Source: Candidatus Scalindua sp. (lineage in GTDB: Bacteria; Planctomycetota; Brocadiia; Brocadiales; Scalinduaceae). Taken from it: 32,000 nucleotides of DNA. The notes beneath the pieces were generated by a model. That model saw only the letters and a program-made list of their open reading frames with translations. It had not been told where the DNA came from and did no database searches. The position numbers and the translations under genes are program-made. Of the stretch, positions 26,385 to 32,000 are shown piece after piece. Position 1 is the stretch's first letter. Every line of letters starts with the position of its first letter. The stretch is taken from NCBI GenBank assembly GCA_031316235.1, contig JALDRA010000001.1, positions 1,680,001 to 1,712,000 of the forward strand, given 5' to 3'.

Positions 26385-27275
26385 TTACTTCCCCTGGTGC
26401 TCTTTATGGCTGAGCCAAAAGCCCTCCGCCATCCCGCCGATTGCACCGAAGACAAGCTCTTCCAGAGAAGGTGTTGAAGATTGCGCGCCGGTCTTATCTC
26501 TTTGGTTTAACTCTTCGATAAAATCGTTTTTGTGCAGAGACAGGGTATCTCCGTTTGCCCTCAGAAACCCATTGGTACTATCCTCTATTATTTCCCTGAA
26601 CGCCTCTTTATCATTAAAGTCGTCTATGGCTTTACATCTTTTGGTAAATCTTACTACGCCATAATTCAAAAGAGCCCCCACCATTTCCGCGAAAGTCTGG
26701 AACGTTTTTGATTCCTCTCCAATCGTAACCGTAAACTCCCTTTTCCCACCTGAGGAGACAACTTTAGTAAAAACATCCGCTAAAAGATCTCCTATATCCA
26801 ATTCAAGCCCTTCAACTTCTATTTTCTGTGTAATAAGTTCGACCACCGCCGTTATCATGCTGGGTGGAAGTAAGCCACCAATCCTGCCCTTGAGATTTTC
26901 CATATGTTCGGTTAACATTTCGTTTATAAGCTTTCCCGAGTCTTCAGCGTCCCCCAACGACTGCCGGCCTGCCAGACCAACCATCTGCTGTACTATCGAA
27001 AATCCTATTCTATATAAATCTGCGTGATTTTGTGAAATATGCTCACGGAGATACTCATACGCCAGAATCACCAATCGTTTGCGTTCAAGCTTTTTCTCTC
27101 CTTTGGTGTCAAAATTATCCAGGATTCTGGAGAGTTCGTCACCGCAGACAAATTTTTCTCGAACCTGTCTGGTGGTTAATTCCTCGCAATGGAGAGCCCA
27201 CTGTAAATAAACCGCTCCTACATTGACTGATAAATCTATAATTTTTTGCAAGTCCGAATCTTTAATATCGTACAT
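26385..27275 (-). CDS. Hypothetical protein (296 aa)
   Basis: A long ORF with GAGGGG upstream of the ATG. It lies 41 bp after the M16 gene and 19 bp before the Nudix gene on the same strand. No motif recognised. Confidence 0.55.
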   Translation of the reverse strand: MYDIKDSDLQKIIDLSVNVGAVYLQWALHCEELTTRQVREKFVCGDELSRILDNFDTKGEKKLERKRLVILAYEYLREHISQNHADLYRIGFSIVQQMVGLAGRQSLGDAEDSGKLINEMLTEHMENLKGRIGGLLPPSMITAVVELITQKIEVEGLELDIGDLLADVFTKVVSSGGKREFTVTIGEESKTFQTFAEMVGALLNYGVVRFTKRCKAIDDFNDKEAFREIIEDSTNGFLRANGDTLSLHKNDFIEELNQRDKTGAQSSTPSLEELVFGAIGGMAEGFWLSHKEHQGK

Positions 27276-27316
27276 GTACCCCTCTTTCTTTTATTTGGCA
27301 ACAGGTATGTGCAAGG

Positions 27317-28612
27317 TTACGGTTCCTTTACTTCAACAACTCCCAGGCCCCTGGCTTCATCAAGGATATCTTCTGCCTTGCTTACGAGAACGGCTACCAC
27401 ATTACCTGGATCAAGCACCCTCTTTGCCGCATGATTTACCTCTTCTAATGATACTTCATTGATATGTATCAGATACTTTGTTACATAGTCCTCAGGCAGA
27501 CCGTAAAATTCCTGTTCAATAATTTTAGCGGCAATTTGGGATGGAGTCTCAATACTTAAAGGAAAGTTCCCGGCATAATAAGACTTGGCACGATCCAGTT
27601 CCGTTCTGGTTACACCTTTCAATGTTATTTTCAGCAATTCATCAAGTACAATCTGGAGGACCTCAACTGCCGACTCATTCTTGCTATAGGTCCGGATAAA
27701 AAACGGCCCTCGCAAATTTCTCGAATCAAACATGCTTGTCACGCCGTAGGTCAGCCCCTTCTCTGCCCTCAGTTTCGTGTAGAGCCTGGATACGGGACCT
27801 CTCCCCAGGACATAGTTCAGCAAGACAATGGCGAAATAGTCAGGTTCGGTACGTTTAATGCCGATGTGGCCGATGTGAATGTCTGTCTGCGTCAGGTCCG
27901 GCTTATCAACTATCCGCACGGTATGCCCATTAATTTTATGAATAGGGGGAAATAGTATCTCTTTTGTATCCCCCTTTTTCCATTTTCCAAAGATTTCCTC
28001 TATGGCAGCAAGTACTGTAGCCGTGTTTATGTCTCCGACCACGGTCAGGATTGAATTATTCGGTAGGAAATGCTCCTTATGAAACGCCAGGATTGCCTCT
28101 CTTTTGATCGACTTGAGCCCATTTACTGTTCCAATGGGTGGATGGCCATAGGGATGCATGCCGTAGAGCATCTGGATAAAATTTCTGCTGCCGAGAGACA
28201 TCTTATTATCTTTTTCCCGTAAAATGGACGCTATGGACCTGTTCCTCTGAAACTCCGTCTTTTCCGGTGGAAATGCGGGAGATCTTGTCACATCAGAAAG
28301 TACTTTAAGAATCAACGTGAAGTGTTTTGCAAGTGCAGAAGCGGTGACAGAGGTTGAATCGCAGTCACTCTCCACACTCAATGTACCACCGATAAAGTCG
28401 ATGGCATCTGCTATCTCCAGGGAATCTTTTTCATGTGTCCCCTCTCTGAGTAGTTGTGCAACGATATTCGCTAGACCTTCATGGCCTTGGGGGTCGTGCA
28501 CTGAACCTGCCCTCACTAAAAGATTGACTGCTACGACAGGAAACTTATGATGTTCGACCACGACAATCCTGAGCCCATTATCTAATGTAGTCTTCTTGAA
28601 ATCTATTGGCAT
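27317..28612 (-). CDS. M16-family peptidase, non-catalytic subunit type (no HxxEH)
   Basis: Collinear with pitrilysin-family proteins, but the zinc-motif position reads GLANIVAQLLREG instead of HxxEH. ATG 28612 (MPIDFKKTTLDNG) is preferred over the track start TTG 28633. Confidence 0.8.
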   Translation of the reverse strand: MPIDFKKTTLDNGLRIVVVEHHKFPVVAVNLLVRAGSVHDPQGHEGLANIVAQLLREGTHEKDSLEIADAIDFIGGTLSVESDCDSTSVTASALAKHFTLILKVLSDVTRSPAFPPEKTEFQRNRSIASILREKDNKMSLGSRNFIQMLYGMHPYGHPPIGTVNGLKSIKREAILAFHKEHFLPNNSILTVVGDINTATVLAAIEEIFGKWKKGDTKEILFPPIHKINGHTVRIVDKPDLTQTDIHIGHIGIKRTEPDYFAIVLLNYVLGRGPVSRLYTKLRAEKGLTYGVTSMFDSRNLRGPFFIRTYSKNESAVEVLQIVLDELLKITLKGVTRTELDRAKSYYAGNFPLSIETPSQIAAKIIEQEFYGLPEDYVTKYLIHINEVSLEEVNHAAKRVLDPGNVVAVLVSKAEDILDEARGLGVVEVKEP

Positions 28613-28785
28613 TAAATTAATATTTCCAGACAAATTTTATCGATAGCAGAAGGGTTCAAGTGCATAAAATCCTCATTTATTAGAAAGTTTTTACGTCTTG
28701 ATAAAAGTTGAAACCTCCTAACGTTTGAAGTTGTCTAAAGCTTTCTGCCAGGCTTTTCGCCATTGAAGCGGCAGCGTATGCCAAG

Positions 28786-30072
28786 CTATGATATTTCCCG
28801 TGTCTTTTTTTTTGGTAATAAACATATTACCGTTCTATTTTCTGGTGTAAAATATTTTTTAGCCACTCTCTGTACGTCTTCAGCAGTTATCTGAAGGTAC
28901 CTGTCGAGATCTTTAAAAAACCCTAGTGGCTCTCCTGTTCTTTCGAGACAAAAACCTATTCGAAGACCTCGCGCAAAGTTGGTCTGCAGGCCAAAGACAA
29001 GGCCTGTTTCAATCTTATTACGCGCCTTCTCAAGTTCACGCTCTGTAACTGCTTCTGTCTTCAGCTTGTCCAGATAATCGGTAATTATGGAATCTATCAT
29101 TTTCGGTGTATGCCCTTGCCTTATGCTTCCAACAGTAATGGAGAACACTCCCGGATCCCTGTTTTTATCTACTGAGGAGAGTATTGATAATGCAGCCTTG
29201 TCCTCGCAGATAATCTTCTGGTAAAGCCTGGAGCTCCTGCCCACCGTAAGGATATTTCCCAGCAGTTCGAGCACCTGTATGTCATCATTAGCTGCATCCG
29301 GTATATGATATGCCACCGCAAACCAGGGAAATTGTGCATCAACAGGTATCTCTTTTTGTCTTTCTTCCGTTTGTTGAGGTTCAGGTGATATTACTTCCTT
29401 AACAATCGGTGCAGGTTGGAGAAAACCAAAGTATTTTTCTACTACTGAAAGAGTCCTCTCGCTGTCGATATCACCTATTACCAGTATGGTAGCATTGTTC
29501 GGTGAGTAATAGGTCTGGTAAAAAGATCTGCAATCATCCAGGCATATGGCTTCCAAATCTGCCATCCATCCTATTACAGGCCAGCGATACGGGTGCTCGA
29601 CAAAGGCGGTATCATACAGTTCTTCATGCAACCTACCGAAGAGAGAATTATCTATGCGCAAGCGTCTCTCCTCCTTGACTACTTCTCGTTCTGATGCAAG
29701 GGTTTCAGCCGTAAGTCGAAGATTCGTCATCCGGTCTGCCTCCAGCCGTGCAGCCAATTCAAGCTGAGAACTGGGTAAATTTTCAAAGTAAGCGGTACAG
29801 TCTTTCGACGTAAAGGCATTGTCTGTGCCCCCGTGTTGATGCACAATACGGCTATGCTCCTCAGGTCTTATATTTTTTGAACCTTTAAACATCATATGTT
29901 CGAACAGATGAGAGATACCCGTTATGCCTGCCCTTTCGTGTATAGAGCCGACATGGTACCAGACTTGAAAGCTGATTATCGGTGATGAATGGTCCACGTT
30001 CATGATCAACCGTAAACCATTTTTCAGGCTGTGCTCCTCCAGGTCTATCTTTATAGGGTTGTCATTAGCCAT
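28786..30072 (-). CDS. M16-family zinc peptidase, catalytic subunit type
   Basis: GISHLFEHMMFKG contains the inverted zinc motif HxxEH. The downstream E in EREVVKEE is typical of M16B. Confidence 0.85.
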   Translation of the reverse strand: MANDNPIKIDLEEHSLKNGLRLIMNVDHSSPIISFQVWYHVGSIHERAGITGISHLFEHMMFKGSKNIRPEEHSRIVHQHGGTDNAFTSKDCTAYFENLPSSQLELAARLEADRMTNLRLTAETLASEREVVKEERRLRIDNSLFGRLHEELYDTAFVEHPYRWPVIGWMADLEAICLDDCRSFYQTYYSPNNATILVIGDIDSERTLSVVEKYFGFLQPAPIVKEVISPEPQQTEERQKEIPVDAQFPWFAVAYHIPDAANDDIQVLELLGNILTVGRSSRLYQKIICEDKAALSILSSVDKNRDPGVFSITVGSIRQGHTPKMIDSIITDYLDKLKTEAVTERELEKARNKIETGLVFGLQTNFARGLRIGFCLERTGEPLGFFKDLDRYLQITAEDVQRVAKKYFTPENRTVICLLPKKKTREIS

Positions 30073-30193
30073 ATCCGGACATCACTTTTGTTTAATGCCT
30101 GTGCAGAAAGAATTTACGGGAAACATGATCAATCATTACATATCGGTCTGCAGGTAAAGCAGACATGGGTGCATTCCCAATTTATTGTAAAAT

Positions 30194-31612
30194 TTATTTA
30201 ACAATTCGAAGACTTCTCTTAAATTTTTTATTTTTAATTCTTTCCTGGTCGTCCCTTTTGTATTTTTCGATAACTTTATCGTAAGTACCGTTATATTTCG
30301 CGCATCTGATCTTGAGTATGTTATTAGCGTTTTGGATATACCACCAAGCTCCTGATCGTTTAAGCCTTGTATGGCTAATGAATTTATTGGCGCTTTCAAT
30401 AGCACCGCTGCCAATGTGATATCCTCCACGCTTGGCGGAACTGTAATCCATCTTTTCACAATGATTTGTGAGATAGGTATAAAACTTGTCAATTTTATCT
30501 TGAATATCTTGAGTTCGGGCTTTCATCTTTCCAAGACCGCCAAGCACCTCTTCATGGTAACCATAATATATTCTTGTCAGAGTCGCCTCACACCACTGTA
30601 GAGACTCTCTTGTCTCTTTTCCGTAATGGGCATTGGCTACACCATGGACATACTCCGAGCAATGGTAATAGTCGAGAATCTCTTTTGCCGAGGGAAATAT
30701 TTCTTTACATCGGTTCCAGATCCAGGGAGCACCGTCTCCTATAATTCCCAGGCGTATCTTCTCGTGGGGAATAAGCCCGGCTTCTTTGATCTTAACCAAG
30801 TATTCTGCTAATTCGTGATCTGCACAAACCTGGTGCCAGCTAATTAAATGAATAATAGTTTGACCATCGATGAGATACAGTCTAAAACCTTTAATCTCTT
30901 TGTATTCTCCCTTGCCTCTTTTCCCTTTACGGGGGTGAGGACTTGGCTCGGGACGCATCGGCCCGTGGGCTCCATCCAGGGCAAGCATCATAATGGGACG
31001 ACGAAACTTATCCACTGAGAGGTTTTCTATCTGCTTATCAATCTCTTCCCTGGGCGGGCAGACATCCAAAATTCCCACTTCTTGACCAATGGCATTCGTG
31101 GTCTCATGCATATGATGTTCACTCAGCTTTACTCCGGTTATTCTCTCGTAGGTTTCGCTGGCCGTCTCATAGGCCGTTTCGCTTGACAACCAGGCTTCCA
31201 CATCTTGCACATCATATTGCTTCGATGATTCAGACAATCCAAGGGCTTCGTCTAAAGGATAGTATCCTAAACGACACGCTCTGCAATAAAAATAAGGCCT
31301 GGTTAATTCAAATTGTCCGGCAAGGGTTTGGATAGTCTTGGATTGTTTTCCTTGTCTTTGCATACCCTTGCCGCATTCGGGGCAATCGCAGCTTTGCTGA
31401 TTCAATAAATGTCCAAATTTCCTCTCTATGAACCCAAGAATCAGTTGTCCTAATATCTCCGCTCTCTCTTCGAAAACAGCTTTTGAGATTTCTCCTAAAT
31501 CTTCCATTGAGTACTCTTCCTCAATCTTATCCAATCGGGTGTCTAAAAAACCATAAAATAAAGCTCTCCAGTTATCGGATGACTCTATCTTTCTTTTCAC
31601 CACACAAGTCAA
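30194..31612 (-). mobile_element. IS transposase gene, ISKra4-family-like
   Basis: 472-aa ORF with a zinc-ribbon-like CDCPECG ... YFYCRACRLGYYPLDEALGL followed by a large catalytic region (LALDGA...IIGDGAPWIWN...ILDYYHCSEYV...). It resembles ISKra4-family transposases as I remember them. The track start is TTG; the first ATG is at codon 36. I could not locate terminal inverted repeats, so the IS boundaries are undefined. Confidence 0.6.
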
Positions 31613-31635
31613 AAATACCCCCTTTCAAAAGACTT

Positions 31636-32000
31636 CTATCGCTCCCTGAATACATCTATGGCGAATAGTAACGCCTGACGTTCTAATACAGGCATGGATT
31701 TAAGTTTCGCTGTCCACCTTTTGGTCTTCCTCTTTATCCGTTCCCGCTCACGAAAGTTATTGCCAAGATAACGATAGTCGTGCAGTCCTACCGGAACACT
31801 AGTTCATCCATAACCACTCCGTTGCTACGCCATGATGACAGACGGCCTGAAAAGAATGTGTCTGCCAGCTACGCAATGATTCTTTGTATAAGGTTGACTC
31901 GTAACCGGATATCATCACCATGCAGGGAAGAGTTTTCAAAACTTCCAAAAGTTCGATGTGCTGCGCACGGCTATAGTCATATTTATATAGCCGTCCATAC
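31636..32000 (-). pseudogene. C-terminal part of a Dam-like (D12 class) N6-adenine DNA methyltransferase, apparently frameshifted; the gene runs off the right edge
   Basis: My own minus-strand translation gives YGRLYKYDYSRAQHIELLEVLKTLPCMVMISGYESTLYKESLRSWQTHSF...TEWLWMN-stop(31799). In a different frame it continues VGLHDYRYLGNNFRERERIKRKTKRWTAKLKSMPVLERQALLFAI...stop(31636). Both pieces match the tail of phage-type Dam methylases as I recall them (Y.Y...eH..LL..L....v.ISGY.s.lY ... LHDYRYLG.NFRERERIKRK). The DPPY motif would lie outside the window. Confidence 0.4.

Noticed and set aside
30136-30492. 118-aa minus-strand ORF overlapping the 3' end of the transposase gene
   Set aside because: It is an alternative frame of the much longer transposase ORF and has no motifs.

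Overview
The window is a bacterial chromosomal segment, moderately AT-rich, with no rRNA, tRNA or CRISPR array that I could find. The backbone is housekeeping: htpG, a nicotinate phosphoribosyltransferase, ettA, an addB/addA helicase-nuclease pair, an active/inactive M16 peptidase pair, and a Nudix hydrolase. The main result is that addB (18036-21311) and addA (7474-11241), normally one operon, are separated by about 6.4 kb of accessory DNA. That DNA is bounded by a 54-bp direct repeat (11175-11228 and 17600-17653, 1 mismatch) which duplicates addA codons 5-22. The island holds four kinds of content. (1) A tightly coupled two-gene operon of a ThsB-like TIR protein and a caspase-like (peptidase C14) protease at 13184-14563; this is the best candidate for the interesting system, a TIR-to-protease antiphage signalling pair. 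(2) A small serine recombinase (resolvase/invertase type) with palindromic candidate recombination sites nearby. (3) An intact ParD/ParE module, plus a second ParD whose ParE partner is decayed. (4) A collapsed type I restriction-modification remnant (hsdR N-terminus fused to hsdM fragments). A second, nested pair of direct repeats (core 24 bp, 12559-12582 and 16832-16855) brackets the TIR/caspase, recombinase and ParDE block. Outside the island, an 849-aa membrane-embedded STAND-type NTPase fused to an FGE-sulfatase (SUMF1) domain sits just upstream of addB. At least four families of short elements with terminal inverted repeats (MITE-like) are scattered in the intergenic DNA. An ISKra4-like transposase lies next to a frameshifted Dam-like methyltransferase at the right edge. 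Every functional call rests on motif and family recognition by eye from the translations; no database search was run.
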